64,000 bases of DNA from Sedimentisphaerales bacterium (lineage in GTDB: Bacteria; Planctomycetota; Phycisphaerae; Sedimentisphaerales; Anaerobacaceae). Below the pieces are notes generated by a model that searched no databases, was not told the origin of the DNA, and saw nothing but the letters and a program-made list of their open reading frames with translations. The translations under genes were made by a program, and so were the position numbers. The stretch is taken from positions 448,001 to 512,000 of the forward strand of contig JAXGYC010000008.1 of NCBI GenBank assembly GCA_040772485.1. The letters are read 5' to 3'. The number at the start of each line of letters is the position of its first letter. The first letter of the stretch is position 1. Positions 29,151-40,107 of this stretch are shown here, one piece after another.

Positions 29151-30197
29151 TCACAGGGTCTTGTCGACGATGTATTGGGCGCTGAGGAAGACGTCGATGG
29201 CGATGACGGCGTAGAGGATGAGCCATCGCAGCCGCGGCAGGCGCAGCTTCTGGCGCGTCATCGTGAAGATGACCACCACGGCGATCGCGGCGACCAGGTA
29301 CATCTTGGCCGCCTCGACGAACAGGCGTGCGTAGCCGTCTCCCAGACCGAACATGGTCTGGAAATACTGAGCCGCCAGCAGCAGCGTCGTGATCGCCAGG
29401 ACGCCGGGAACGATGGCCGCGCCCAGGACCCACTTGCCGTCCGAGTAACTCGCTTCGATCAAGCCCTGCAGCCCGACGCCCGCCTGGACGGCCAGACACA
29501 CCAGCGGGATACTCAGCCAGAGGGTCGGGCTGATCCCCAGCCACGCGACCTGGGCGGGCGCCAGAAACGACCGGCTGAAGGCCAGGGCGAAACCACAGAC
29601 CAGGATCAGCAGGATCCCATATCGGCGGGCGCGGAACATCATCGCCAGACCGAGAACCAGGGCCGCGACAGGAGCGTGATACAGGCCGGGAAGTGCGGTT
29701 GTGCGAGTGACCATCACCAGCGGCGCGACGAAGCCGAACAGATCGGCCGGCCTCGGCGCGGCCTGCACAGGCGCGGCGAACAGGCGGTAGTCTTCCCCCG
29801 CGCCGATGCGGAAGAACAACACCACCGCGAGAAATGGCAACAGCGATAGCAGGGCTGTCACCGCGCCGCCACGTTTGCGACCCAGGTAAGCGGCCGGCAT
29901 GAACAGCCAGGGGATGCCTGCGGCCAGAAGGACCGCCGTCTCATGGAACCGCGCCAGAGACAGCACGAACGGCCCGAAGCCATAGACCAGTCCTGCCAGG
30001 AACGACCCCGAGAAGCCGACCACCCACCGCCGGCTCAGCAAGAAGCAGCCGACCGCCGCCACGCACACGCCGATGGGCAGCAGCCACTGTTCCGGCACGA
30101 ACCCGCTGCAATGCGGACGATACAGATAAACCGCGAACACGACGTAGACGATCGCGGCAACCGCCGGCCAGATCAGGTTCTGCTCGCGCCGTGACAT
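29151..30197 (-). CDS. Polytopic membrane protein (possibly GT-C/YfhO-like)
   Basis: GGAGG RBS; about 10 hydrophobic segments; AGLVYGFGPF. Confidence 0.7.
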   Translation of the reverse strand: MSRREQNLIWPAVAAIVYVVFAVYLYRPHCSGFVPEQWLLPIGVCVAAVGCFLLSRRWVVGFSGSFLAGLVYGFGPFVLSLARFHETAVLLAAGIPWLFMPAAYLGRKRGGAVTALLSLLPFLAVVLFFRIGAGEDYRLFAAPVQAAPRPADLFGFVAPLVMVTRTTALPGLYHAPVAALVLGLAMMFRARRYGILLILVCGFALAFSRSFLAPAQVAWLGISPTLWLSIPLVCLAVQAGVGLQGLIEASYSDGKWVLGAAIVPGVLAITTLLLAAQYFQTMFGLGDGYARLFVEAAKMYLVAAIAVVVIFTMTRQKLRLPRLRWLILYAVIAIDVFLSAQYIVDKTL

Positions 30198-30317
30198 GGT
30201 CAGCGTTTCGCCTCCGCCGGGGCGCCGGCCGTTCTCAAGGCATGACCACCCATGTCCCGGACACTGCGGCAAACGTCAAGAGTGAGAGTCGCTTGTCTCT
30301 TCAAGGCATCGCGCCTG

Positions 30318-31388
30318 TCAGTTCTTCAGAACGACCTTTCCGCTCCCGGCGGTGACGGTCCCGATCCGGTTGACCTTCTCTCCCCATCGCTGGAGACTTC
30401 TGGCGATCGAGTCGGCGAAATCGGCCGCGACGATCAGCACGTAACCGATCCCCATGTTGAAGACGCGGAACATCTCCGCTTCCTCAACCGGCCCGGTCTT
30501 CTGCAGGAACGGGAAGATCTTCGGCCTCGGCCAGCTCGACCTCCTGATCACCGCGTTGCAGTCCTTCGGCAGGACGCGCGGGACGTTGCCGACGAGGCCG
30601 CCGCCGGTGATGTGGGCCATCGCGTGCACGACGCGCTTAACTCTGTACTTCGTCAGCAGTTTGACGATCGGCTGGACGTAGATCCGCGTCGGCGTCAACA
30701 GGGCTTCGCCCAGGGTGGTGCCGTCGAGTTCGTCGAGGACATCGGTCATCTTCAGGCGCGCCTGCTTGAAGCAGATCTGGCGCGCGAGGGCATAGCCGTT
30801 GCTGTGCAGGCCGCTGGAGCGCAGCCCCAGGATCACGTCGCCCGGCCGCACATGGGTGCCGGTGATGGTCTTATCCCGCTCAACCACGCCCACCGCAAAG
30901 CCGGCCAGATCGAAATCGCCCTTGCGATAGGTGTCGGGCATCTCGGCGGTCTCGCCGCCCAGCAGGGCGCAATCCGCCATGCGGCAGCCGGCGGCGATCC
31001 CCTTGACCAGCTCGGCCACCAGCGCCGGCTCCAGCGTGTGCAGCGCCACGTAATCGAGGAAGAACAGCGGCTCGGCCCCGAGCACGAGCATGTCGTTGAC
31101 GCTCATCGCCACCAGGTCGATGCCGACCGTGTCGAACTTCCTGGCCTTGGCCGCCAGTTGCACCTTGCTGCCGACGCCGTCGGTGCAGGCGACCAGCACC
31201 GGGTTCTTGTAGTTCTTCTTGAAGAGCTTCTCGTCGTAGTCCAGACGAAACAGCCCGGCAAACCCGCCCGGCAAGTTGATCACTCTCGGTCCGAACGTGC
31301 TGGCCAGGCTGGACTGAATCCGCTCGACCATCTCGTCGTTGGCGTCGATATTCACGCCCGCCTGCTGGTAGCTCACGTATTTACTCAT
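30318..31388 (-). CDS. purM: Phosphoribosylformylglycinamidine cyclo-ligase
   Basis: YQQAGVNI, TDGVGSK, GAEPLFFLDY, LGGETAEMP, GLHSNGY, HITGGGL, FNMGIG. Confidence 0.97.
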   Translation of the reverse strand: MSKYVSYQQAGVNIDANDEMVERIQSSLASTFGPRVINLPGGFAGLFRLDYDEKLFKKNYKNPVLVACTDGVGSKVQLAAKARKFDTVGIDLVAMSVNDMLVLGAEPLFFLDYVALHTLEPALVAELVKGIAAGCRMADCALLGGETAEMPDTYRKGDFDLAGFAVGVVERDKTITGTHVRPGDVILGLRSSGLHSNGYALARQICFKQARLKMTDVLDELDGTTLGEALLTPTRIYVQPIVKLLTKYRVKRVVHAMAHITGGGLVGNVPRVLPKDCNAVIRRSSWPRPKIFPFLQKTGPVEEAEMFRVFNMGIGYVLIVAADFADSIARSLQRWGEKVNRIGTVTAGSGKVVLKN

Positions 31389-32865
31389 GGGTAGCGGAAA
31401 AGCCCTCGAACATCGTCATCTGATAATGTTCCATCGTGAACTTATTCAAGGCGATGTCGATCGGAATCCGGTACTTTCCGCTCCAGCAGGCCGTGCAATA
31501 GTGATCCGCCGGCAGAGCCGCACACGAGAGCATCCCCTCCAGGGACAGGTATCCGACGCTGTCGACTTCGAGGAACTTCCTGATCTCGTCCAGATCCCGG
31601 TTGTTCGCCAGGAGTTCTTCTTTCGTGGGAAAATCGATGCCGTAGTAGCAGGGATGGCGGATGGGCGGGCAACTGACCCGCATGTGGATCTCGGTCGCGC
31701 CCGCCTCGCGCAGCGTCCGGATCTTGCCGCGCGTCGTGGTGCCGCGCACGATCGAATCGTCCACGACCACCACCCGTTTGCCCGCGACGACTTCCTTGAT
31801 GACTGCCAGTTTCAGACGCACCTCCACCTCGCGCATCTTCTGCTCGGGCGAGATGAAGGTGCGACCGATGTAGTGGCTGCGGACGAAGCCCATATCGAAC
31901 GGGATGCCGCTCTGCTCGGCATAGCCGATCGCCGCGGAGGTGCCGGAATCGGGCACCGGGATCACCACGTCAGCCTCGACGGCATGTTCCCTGGCCAGTT
32001 GGCGGCCCAGCTTCTTTCGCAGCTCGTGCACGTTCTCGCCAAAGATCCGAGAGTTTTGCTTGGCGAAGTAGACGTGCTCGAAGATGCAGTGGGCCGGCGT
32101 GATGTCGCCACGCCGGACGAAGAACCGGCTGTGCAGACCCTTGGCGTCGAGCTGCACGATCTCGCCCGGTTCGACATCGCGGACGAACGCCGCGCCGATC
32201 GCGTCGAAGGCGCAGCTCTCGCTGGCGACGACCAGGGCGCCCTGCGCGGTCTGCCCGATGCTCAGCGGCTTGATGCCGTATGGATCGCGCGCCGCCACGA
32301 TATGGTCGGCAAACATAAACAGGAGCGAATAGGCGCCCTGGAGGTGGTTGAGCACGTGGCCCAGCGGGTCCGGCTTGTTCTGGTGCGTCGGCTTGGCCAG
32401 CAGATGCACGATGATTTCCGTGTCGCTGGTGCACTTGAAGATACTGCCGTAGGCCTCGTATTCGTCGCGCAGGAGCCCCGCGTTGATCAGATTGCCGTTG
32501 TGCGCGACCGCCACCTGGCCACGCGAATACTCCGCCAGCAATGGCTGGCTGTTGTCGATCGTCGAGGAGCCGGCGGTCGAATACCGCACGTGGCCGATCG
32601 CCATCGAGGTCGCCAGTTTCTCCAGAACCCCCGAACCACTGCGAAAGACGCGAGAGACGTTCCCCATTCCCTTGTAGCACTGAATGAACTCGCCGTCGCT
32701 GGAGGCGATGCCGGCCGCCTCCTGGCCGCGATGCTGGAGGCTGTGCAGGCCATAGTAGGTCTTCTGGACCGCATCCGGGTCGCCGACGACGCCAAACAAC
32801 CCACACTCCTCCTTCTTGTCAGGAAAGACCTCGTTCCCATCCAACTCAGATAATGGTTCAGACAT
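31381..32865 (-). CDS. purF: Amidophosphoribosyltransferase
   Basis: EECGLFG, LQHRGQE, GHVRYST, AHNGNL, PVPDSG, VVVDDSIVRGTT, CYYGID, CTAC. Confidence 0.97.
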   Translation of the reverse strand: MSEPLSELDGNEVFPDKKEECGLFGVVGDPDAVQKTYYGLHSLQHRGQEAAGIASSDGEFIQCYKGMGNVSRVFRSGSGVLEKLATSMAIGHVRYSTAGSSTIDNSQPLLAEYSRGQVAVAHNGNLINAGLLRDEYEAYGSIFKCTSDTEIIVHLLAKPTHQNKPDPLGHVLNHLQGAYSLLFMFADHIVAARDPYGIKPLSIGQTAQGALVVASESCAFDAIGAAFVRDVEPGEIVQLDAKGLHSRFFVRRGDITPAHCIFEHVYFAKQNSRIFGENVHELRKKLGRQLAREHAVEADVVIPVPDSGTSAAIGYAEQSGIPFDMGFVRSHYIGRTFISPEQKMREVEVRLKLAVIKEVVAGKRVVVVDDSIVRGTTTRGKIRTLREAGATEIHMRVSCPPIRHPCYYGIDFPTKEELLANNRDLDEIRKFLEVDSVGYLSLEGMLSCAALPADHYCTACWSGKYRIPIDIALNKFTMEHYQMTMFEGFSATHE

Positions 32866-33061
32866 GACCCTCATGCCTCTCGAGAGAGGTTGACACTTCT
32901 GTTCAAGAGAAACGTTCCAATCACCCGCCAAAACCGGTAGTGTACCGATTTGTTGATCCCGCGTCAACCGCCGTCTTGAGAAACCGAGCCCGCGTCGTAG
33001 GATTCACATTCGCAGGTCGGTTCCTCAGGACCGCCTATGGCCGGTATTGCCGTGTGGCCAA

Positions 33062-34387
33062 TCAAACCAATGGAGTCGCGCCGGGAACGGCGACCGGGGC
33101 AACGGGCAGGTCGCCGAGTTCGTACCTCGGCGGAGCCAGGTCGAGCCTGGAGCTCTTGATCGCCCAGTCCCACTTCATGGCCCGGCCGGTGTAGGCGCTC
33201 ATCCGGCCGAGGATCGCGGTCATCGTGCTCTCGGCCACCGCCTTGCCCTCGTTCAAGGGCCGACCGTCTCGGATACTCCGGATCAGGTCGGTGTGCTCCT
33301 GCTCGTACGGATTCGGCGTCGGACCTTCATATGTGTAGGTCTTGGCCCCTTCGATCGCCCCTTCCATCGCGATGCCTTTGGCGCCGACGATGCGTTCTCC
33401 GATGCGTTCGGCGCAGCCGGCGATCTGGCGGGCCATGCTCAGGATGCGGGCGCCGTTGGGATACTCGAACTCGACGGCGAAGTGGTCATAGATGTTTCCG
33501 AATTCCGGCTCGATGCGCACCTCGCGACCGCCCATGCCCATCGCCATCACGGGATGCGTCCCCATCGCCCAGTTGATCACGTCGAGGTTATGCACGTGCT
33601 GCTCGACGATGTGGTCGCCGGAGAGCCACGTGTAGTAGTACCAGTTGCGGCACTGGGTCTCCATGTCGGTCCACTGTGGCTTCCGCTCGGTGTAGAACCC
33701 CCACTGGCGGACCCACCCCTGAACCCAGTAGCACTGGCCCGCGACGAGTTCGCCGATGTCGCCGTTGTGGACGCGCTTCATCACCTCAATGTACTTCGGA
33801 TCGTGGCGGCGCTGCGTGCCGGCAACGACGGCCAGCCCCTTCTGCTTCGCCAGATCGGACGATGCCAAGACCGAACGGATGCCCACAGGGTCCACAGCGA
33901 CGGGCTTTTCCATGAACACGTGCTTGCCCGCCTCGATGGCCGCCTTCAGGTGCATCGGGCGAAAGTGCGGGGACGTGGCGAGGATGACGAGGTCCACGCC
34001 GCTGTTGATGACCTTCTTATACGCATCGAAGCCCGTGAAGCACCTCTCCGGCGTGACCTTCACCTTGTCGGCGTGCGTCCAGGGCGAAGACGAACTCCAG
34101 TCTTTTTCGCCGTTGGTTTTGATCGTCTTGAGGCAGGTGTCGACGCGGTCCTGGAACAGATCGCCGAGGGCCACAATCTCCACATTCGGCGCCGAATCGA
34201 CGCAATTGCGAACGGCCCCCATGCCCCGGCTGCCGCAGCCGATCAGGCCAACGCGGATCGTATCGGAGCCAGCGGCAAGGAGCCGCCCGCCGCCCAGCCC
34301 CAGCGCGGCCATCGAAAGGGCCGACCCCTGCATGAATCTTCGCCGTGAAATCGACTCACCCGATCTGTCTGTAGCCTGCCGCACCAT
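33062..34387 (-). CDS. Tat-exported Gfo/Idh/MocA oxidoreductase
   Basis: SRRRFMQ Tat motif, GLIGCGSRG, GKHVFMEKP, EQHVHNLD. Confidence 0.92.
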   Translation of the reverse strand: MVRQATDRSGESISRRRFMQGSALSMAALGLGGGRLLAAGSDTIRVGLIGCGSRGMGAVRNCVDSAPNVEIVALGDLFQDRVDTCLKTIKTNGEKDWSSSSPWTHADKVKVTPERCFTGFDAYKKVINSGVDLVILATSPHFRPMHLKAAIEAGKHVFMEKPVAVDPVGIRSVLASSDLAKQKGLAVVAGTQRRHDPKYIEVMKRVHNGDIGELVAGQCYWVQGWVRQWGFYTERKPQWTDMETQCRNWYYYTWLSGDHIVEQHVHNLDVINWAMGTHPVMAMGMGGREVRIEPEFGNIYDHFAVEFEYPNGARILSMARQIAGCAERIGERIVGAKGIAMEGAIEGAKTYTYEGPTPNPYEQEHTDLIRSIRDGRPLNEGKAVAESTMTAILGRMSAYTGRAMKWDWAIKSSRLDLAPPRYELGDLPVAPVAVPGATPLV

Positions 34388-34477
34388 GCTCGTCTCCTCA
34401 TCCAGAAGCCCCTTTGACCGGCGTGCATCACACGGCACGCTCGGCGTCCAACAGTTTCACTTCCTCTCGACCACAGG

Positions 34478-35107
34478 TCAAGTCCTCGCGAGGATACTGC
34501 TCAGCAACGGGATGAACTGGCGGATGGCGTTGCCGCGATGGCTGATGGCGTTCTTCTGGCCGTCGGGCAGTTGGGCGACGGTCTGTCCCAGGGCCGGGAC
34601 GAAAAAGACCGGGTCGTAGCCGAAGCCGTTCTCTCCAGCCGGCTCGTCGACGATGATCCCTTCGACCGTCCCCTTCGTCTCGGCGAGCACCTTCTCGGGG
34701 CTGGCCAGACACAGATGGCACACGAATCGCGCCGTCCGCTTGTCTTGGGGCACGCCTTCGAGCAGTGCGAGGAGTTTGGCGATATTCCGCCGGTCGATCT
34801 CCTTCCGGCTGGTCCCCGCCGGAACGTCGCCCGAAAACCGCGCCGACTGGACGCCGGGGGCGCCGCCCAGCGCATCGACCACCAGACCTGAATCATCCGC
34901 CAGCGTCCAGAGTCCCGTCGCGCGGGCGTACTCTGTCGCTTTCTTGCGAGCGTTCTGTGCGAACGTCGCGCCGTCCTCCTCGACCTCGCCGACCTGCGGA
35001 AAGTCCGCCAGCGTCTTCCACTCGACCGAATCGCCCAGCATCGCCCGCAACTCCCGAACCTTCCCCGCATTCGTCGTCGCCACCAGGATTGTACGTGAGG
35101 AAACCAT
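34478..35107 (-). CDS. rdgB: Non-canonical purine NTP pyrophosphatase (RdgB/HAM1)
   Basis: ATTNAGKVRE, ADDSGL..APGVQSAR, GFGYDPVF, KNAISHR. Confidence 0.95.
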   Translation of the reverse strand: MVSSRTILVATTNAGKVRELRAMLGDSVEWKTLADFPQVGEVEEDGATFAQNARKKATEYARATGLWTLADDSGLVVDALGGAPGVQSARFSGDVPAGTSRKEIDRRNIAKLLALLEGVPQDKRTARFVCHLCLASPEKVLAETKGTVEGIIVDEPAGENGFGYDPVFFVPALGQTVAQLPDGQKNAISHRGNAIRQFIPLLSSILART

Positions 35108-35129
35108 GAGACCATCCCTTGGATCGAAA

Positions 35130-36104
35130 TCAATACGACATGGCGGGAGCGTTCGAGCAGATGCGCGACCCAAACTGTAGCGTTCGGGGATCGATCTTCT
35201 TGTCGAATTGGACGGGGTCTTTGAACACGTAGGGGAGCTGAACCACCTTCTCCTCGAAATGCACATCGAGCTTGTCCTGAACGATCAGCTCGAAGCTGGC
35301 CCCTTCGAAGAGCAGCTTGTCGTCGATGCCCAGCTTGCGGCGGATCACCGGGACAAATTCGGGGTTCACCTCGTAGCCGATCGAGTTGCGTTCGAGGTTG
35401 CGGGCCGCCAGGGAGGTTGTCCCACTACCGAGGAAGGGGATCGGAACCGTGTCACCAACGAACGTGAACATCCGTATCGAGCACCGTGGAATCTCTTCAG
35501 GGAACATGGCCAGGTGGCCATCCTGGCCGCTCGCCAGGATATTCCAGTGACCGGTCAAAGAAGGTGTTCCACTCCTCCGTCGTCATGCGCGAACTTGTTC
35601 TTGGTCGCCTGACTGACCTTCGTGCAGGCGGTCCCGTGTTTTCCGGAAGATCAGGATGAACTCGTAATCGAGCTTGGATGCCGTTCCTCGGGTAGGCGAT
35701 CATGATCGTGGCGCCGCCGGTCGTATTGCAGGTGGTGACCTTCCTGCTCGGTCAAGCGATGAGACGCCCATATAGTCGAAGCCGATGATCTCGCAGAACT
35801 TGATGATCTCCGTGCGGATCGGAATGACTTTGTATCGCCCGTAGTACACGGACCGGGCAAACTGATCGCCTATATTCACGCACAGGCGGCAGCCCTTGGC
35901 CAGGACTCTGTGACATTCGGACCAGACGAGGTTCAGGTTGTTGATGTAGGTCTCGTAGCTGTCGTCGAACCCGATCTGCCGCCCGTTGCCGTAGTCCTTG
36001 AGCTGCCAATAGGGCGGCGAGGTGACGACGAGATGCACCGATTCGTCGCCGACCTCGGCCATGGACCGTGAGTCTCCCGTGATTATTCTGTGGTGCGTCT
36101 TCAT
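35130..36104 (-). pseudogene. Beta-class N4/N6 DNA methyltransferase, multiply frameshifted
   Basis: VTSPPY motif IV, HLAMFPEE, PFLGSGTT motif I; several indels between ~35450 and 35770. Confidence 0.85.
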
Positions 36105-36233
36105 ACCCGCGATCATCCGACAAAGCCAGGAAAGGAATCCCCTCGTTTATACCCGCCCTTGCCGCGTATTTCAAGGCCCGGTTGGATTCGGATGAGCGCT
36201 GTATGGACAGTCTGGCAAACGGGGAAGCGTGCG

Positions 36234-38546
36234 TTACGGCGTGGAGCGGAGGTGGACGGTGATTTCGAGGGTGCCGGAGGGGGCGGGTTTGTGGATGGCG
36301 ATGCGGGTGTGCTCGGCGCCTTCGGCCAGGGGCAAGTGCTGGATACGGACGGTGCAATCCGGCGGGACCGAGATCGTTGCGAGGCCTTTGTCGCCTCGGA
36401 TCGTGACGACGCTGTCGGTCTGCTCGACCGGCAGGTTCGTCTGCCAATAGAACTCGACGGCGTCGCCCTTGGCCAGCTCGTATTCGTCGCGGATTGTCAG
36501 CACATCGGGCGAGGGTGAATCCCAGGTGCGGACCCATTTCTTGTAGTAGCCGTTCCAGCCGGGCGTTGCGTCGATCTGCGCGTGGAATGCTTGCTCATCC
36601 CCTTCTCCGGTCGGCTTGACGTCGAATGGCAGCGGATTCAGCGGGGCCGCACGCTCCGTCATCCCGACCGGCACGAGCATGTTGTGGCGCTGGCAGTGCT
36701 TGTACACCGCGTGGATCGGGTCGTCGTAATCACAGATCCCCAGGTCCATCGCGAAAGTCTGGCCTGCGAATTCGAGCACGAAGCTGCCCTTGTCTTCGTG
36801 CGTGTGGCCCGCATTGGCCTTGTTGCCCATGATGAAGACCTTGACCAATTCGCTGCCGAGCGGCCGCGTCGAAGCGATGTAGCCGATCTCGGGCAGCTCG
36901 ATGTACGCCGGCAGAGGCGGCGCTGCATCCAACATCGGCTCGCCTCGGGCGGCCTGCTGCCTGTTGTAGAGGGTGGTCCAGTAGCTATGTGGCACCAGTT
37001 CGGTCAGGATGCGCAGCGTATCGTTGCGAAAGTCAGGACCAGAGTCGCAGACCGCGATCACATCATCGTTCGTCGTGGAGGCTACGACGGCGGCGTAGTT
37101 CGCGGTCCGCTTGACGATCGCAGGGACAAGCTCCGCGAGGTTGCGGCCACGGGCCCGCGCATAGTGCTTCATCGCGTTGTAGTTCTCTCGGATCGTCGGA
37201 TTCAGGTAGCTGGGACCTTCGAGCGACCCGCCGTCCGGCTCGATGACATTTTCGAGATTGTCGATGGCGTCGCCAAGGGCCAGGTCCGCGTAGGGCTTGA
37301 CGCGGGGCCACTCGCGCTCCAGCACGAGATACGCGTACATCCGGCCCGTGTTGAAATACGCGAGCTGGTTGCAGTGGAAGATGTATTCGTGCCGCCAGGC
37401 GACGAAATTGACCGGCCCGATCCCTTCCTCCGCCAGTCGCCGCATCAGGTACGTCCGTCCGGCGTCGGTGAAGACCTCGCCCGCCAGGTCGAGGATCACG
37501 GCGATGTCCTCGGCGGTGTACGAGCGGCGGAATGCCCGGTCCTCCCAGGCGCTGCCGGGCAGGACGGACATGAAGCCCGTGTCCCAGTGCTCGCTCATCG
37601 CCAGCGACAGCGCATAGCGAGCGGCCATGCGCAGCGCCTCGGCGTCGCGCAGGACGAGCCCTGCGACAGCAAGCTCGGGATTGCCCGACAGGCGAGGGCG
37701 GAACTCGTCCCGCACGCGACTGTGGGCGCTGGTCCTCCCGCCGCTGCCGACGAACTCGCTGATCCCCTTCTCCGGCTGATACCCTCGCGCCGCGGCGGCG
37801 CGTCGCGTGAACTCCGACTCGCCGCCCTCTGTCACCGCCCGCTCGTGCTCGGCGCGCAGGTCCGCCAGCTCTTCGGCCGTCAGGAATATGCCGTAACGAG
37901 GCTCGAATCGCAGGGTCGCATCCGGCGCCTTCAGGTAGGCGTCCCACTGCATGCCGGAGTAGTCCCAGCGATCGAAATACTGCGCGAGCCGCTCACTGCT
38001 CTGGAGTCCGATCCAGGTAAACCAGCCTGCGGCGCCGCCTTCGGCCCCGGTTTCAAGTTCCAGTGTGATCGTCTCGATGCAGCGGGCACCTTGCAGGTCC
38101 AGTACATACTCGGCGCGGTTCTCGGTGGCCGGCTCGGAGACGAACGTGCGCGGGCCCAGGTCCGTTGCTGCGGTCACGCGAGTGACGCACCCCTTCGGCG
38201 GCGACAGGCGGACGAGCAGCCGATCGTAGGCCGAACAGTCGACGTGGAAGTCGCGGCTCATGCGCAACGCCGGACCGACTGCCGGCTTCGAGGCCCACTC
38301 GAAATCGACCGCGCTCCAGTTCTGCCTGATCCGCAACCCATGTCCGGTCCCGGAATCGATCTTCCACCTCGCCAGGCCGCTCAGCTCCGGCGCCCAGAAC
38401 GGCTCGATGATCGCCTCGGCCATGTTGATCGGAACGCCCTTGCGCAACGCCGATCTCTCGCCAGCGCCGCGAGCGGGAACAGGCCGCAGAACGAACAGGA
38501 GCAAACATAGAAACAGACAGGATCGGATGCGCGCAGGAAATCTCAT
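36234..38546 (-). CDS. Secreted heparinase II/III-like protein
   Basis: Signal peptide, GAGG RBS; DGGSLEGPSY, GHTHEDKGSFVL, HNML motifs. Confidence 0.7.
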   Translation of the reverse strand: MRFPARIRSCLFLCLLLFVLRPVPARGAGERSALRKGVPINMAEAIIEPFWAPELSGLARWKIDSGTGHGLRIRQNWSAVDFEWASKPAVGPALRMSRDFHVDCSAYDRLLVRLSPPKGCVTRVTAATDLGPRTFVSEPATENRAEYVLDLQGARCIETITLELETGAEGGAAGWFTWIGLQSSERLAQYFDRWDYSGMQWDAYLKAPDATLRFEPRYGIFLTAEELADLRAEHERAVTEGGESEFTRRAAAARGYQPEKGISEFVGSGGRTSAHSRVRDEFRPRLSGNPELAVAGLVLRDAEALRMAARYALSLAMSEHWDTGFMSVLPGSAWEDRAFRRSYTAEDIAVILDLAGEVFTDAGRTYLMRRLAEEGIGPVNFVAWRHEYIFHCNQLAYFNTGRMYAYLVLEREWPRVKPYADLALGDAIDNLENVIEPDGGSLEGPSYLNPTIRENYNAMKHYARARGRNLAELVPAIVKRTANYAAVVASTTNDDVIAVCDSGPDFRNDTLRILTELVPHSYWTTLYNRQQAARGEPMLDAAPPLPAYIELPEIGYIASTRPLGSELVKVFIMGNKANAGHTHEDKGSFVLEFAGQTFAMDLGICDYDDPIHAVYKHCQRHNMLVPVGMTERAAPLNPLPFDVKPTGEGDEQAFHAQIDATPGWNGYYKKWVRTWDSPSPDVLTIRDEYELAKGDAVEFYWQTNLPVEQTDSVVTIRGDKGLATISVPPDCTVRIQHLPLAEGAEHTRIAIHKPAPSGTLEITVHLRSTP

Positions 38547-38574
38547 CGTGTTCACCTCGTGCCCGTTCGGAACC

Positions 38575-38603
38575 GTAGAGGGCGAGGCATACCTCGCCCC
38601 TGC
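38575..38603. repeat. REP-like palindrome (GTAG-type, family B variant)
   Basis: GTAGAGGGCGAGGCATACCTCGCCCCTGC. Confidence 0.65.
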
Positions 38604-38604
38604 T

Positions 38605-39948
38605 TCAGTGCCGGCCGACAAGAAGGACAGCGGCCTGGAGCACCGGATCGGCGGCCTCCAGTTCGGTCGGCGTAGCCTTGACAGCGAAGTCCGGAGCAAT
38701 GCCCTGCCCTTCGAAACAGGTGCCGTCCGGACGCAGGGCTTTCCAGGAAGGCAGATACACCGTGACGCCGTTGCCGAGGTCGACCGGCTTGGGATTGCCC
38801 GAGCTTCCGTACGAGGCCGCACCGACCAGCTTGCAGCCGGGCACCTGCTTCATCATGAGCAGGAACGCCTCGCAACTGCTCATGTTGGCCGGACCCATCA
38901 GAACAGCGACCTTGCCGCGGTACTTCGGCCGGAGCTTGCTGGGTTCGAGGACGCGTTCCTGCATCTGACCGAACCCGCTTGGCGCGTCCGCGTCGCGACA
39001 GACGTGTTTGGCATAGACAACGGGCTTGTCGATGAAACAGCCAGCGAATTCCTGGGCGAGAGGCTCGGCCCCCCCGCTGTTGGGACGCACGTCGATGACC
39101 AGGCCCCGTGCGCTGGCCAACTCCCCGAGGGCCACATACACCTGCTCGAGGGCCTCGGTTTGCTTGCTGTCCCAACTGTCGATCCGAATGTAGCCGACAC
39201 CGTTGTCGAACCGGCCCGTGTGGACGACGGCGCTGCGCTTCTGGAACACGGGAACGACCTTGGCCAGCGTGTCGAGATTGTAGTTTCGCACGATGTCGCG
39301 TTTGAAGGGCTGGACGGTCGTGCCGGCGACCTCAATCCAGATGTGCATATCCCGCGCGTGGCCCAGCAGCTTGGCGGCCGCTTCGGCGAAGGCGGCGGGA
39401 TTCTTGGCACCTTCCAGGGCGGGCATGTGTTCGGCAAAGACGGCAGCCCAATCCACGCCTCGCAGATCTTTGTACGAATACTGCGTGTCGATCGCTTCGC
39501 GAAGCCTGGCGGTCGCGTGGGCGTTGCTCTGCGAGCCCGGCGCTGGTTGCGACGCGTTCTCTGCGGCGGTTCGGAACTGCACCGGATGAGGCACGGCCGA
39601 TTCGCTGGCAACGTTGCGGCACTTCCGGGCGGCGGGACAGTTGACGCTGAGCCGGTACTCATGGTCGGCAGCGAGTTGCACGCGCATCACCAGCGTGCGG
39701 CTGTCGGCCCATCGCGGCCGGCCGACCACCTTGGGAAACAGCGGCCCACCGCCGCAGATCGAATACCCACCTGCATCCATATCCTGATCGAAAACGAAAC
39801 GCAGCTCCCGCAGATCGGGATCGACGTTCAGATCGCCGTTGCGCGGCACCGTCTCGATCACCTTCGGGGGCACGGCCAACAGGCTCGCGGCCGGCGATAC
39901 CACCAGAGCTACCCAGACCAAACCGATCGTTCGCTTCCAGATTCCCAT
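38605..39948 (-). CDS. S41-family peptidase with N-terminal Ig-like domain
   Basis: Signal peptide; GYIRIDSW, LVIDVRPNSGG, MSSCEAF, FEGQGIAPD. Confidence 0.88.
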   Translation of the reverse strand: MGIWKRTIGLVWVALVVSPAASLLAVPPKVIETVPRNGDLNVDPDLRELRFVFDQDMDAGGYSICGGGPLFPKVVGRPRWADSRTLVMRVQLAADHEYRLSVNCPAARKCRNVASESAVPHPVQFRTAAENASQPAPGSQSNAHATARLREAIDTQYSYKDLRGVDWAAVFAEHMPALEGAKNPAAFAEAAAKLLGHARDMHIWIEVAGTTVQPFKRDIVRNYNLDTLAKVVPVFQKRSAVVHTGRFDNGVGYIRIDSWDSKQTEALEQVYVALGELASARGLVIDVRPNSGGAEPLAQEFAGCFIDKPVVYAKHVCRDADAPSGFGQMQERVLEPSKLRPKYRGKVAVLMGPANMSSCEAFLLMMKQVPGCKLVGAASYGSSGNPKPVDLGNGVTVYLPSWKALRPDGTCFEGQGIAPDFAVKATPTELEAADPVLQAAVLLVGRH

Positions 39949-39968
39949 GTCTCCACCTGGACATTCGA

Positions 39969-40050
39969 ATTTACGATTTATGATTTACGATGGAGTCGCG
40001 TTGGAGACGCACAAGGTCAAATCATAATTCGCAAATCATAAATCGTAAAT
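39969..40050. repeat. AT-rich heptamer-built inverted repeat
   Basis: ATTTACGATTTATGATTTACGA / TCGCAAATCATAAATCGTAAAT, 21/22 match. Confidence 0.8.
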
Positions 40051-40107
40051 CCAAAACCGGCCTGGCAGGGGCGAATCATTCCGCCAGAGGCGGACCCGTA
40101 TACGGGT

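Noticed and set aside
28285..29544. 419-aa version of the secreted hypothetical protein
   Set aside because: The extension overlaps the upstream membrane gene; RBS and signal peptide indicate a start at 29052
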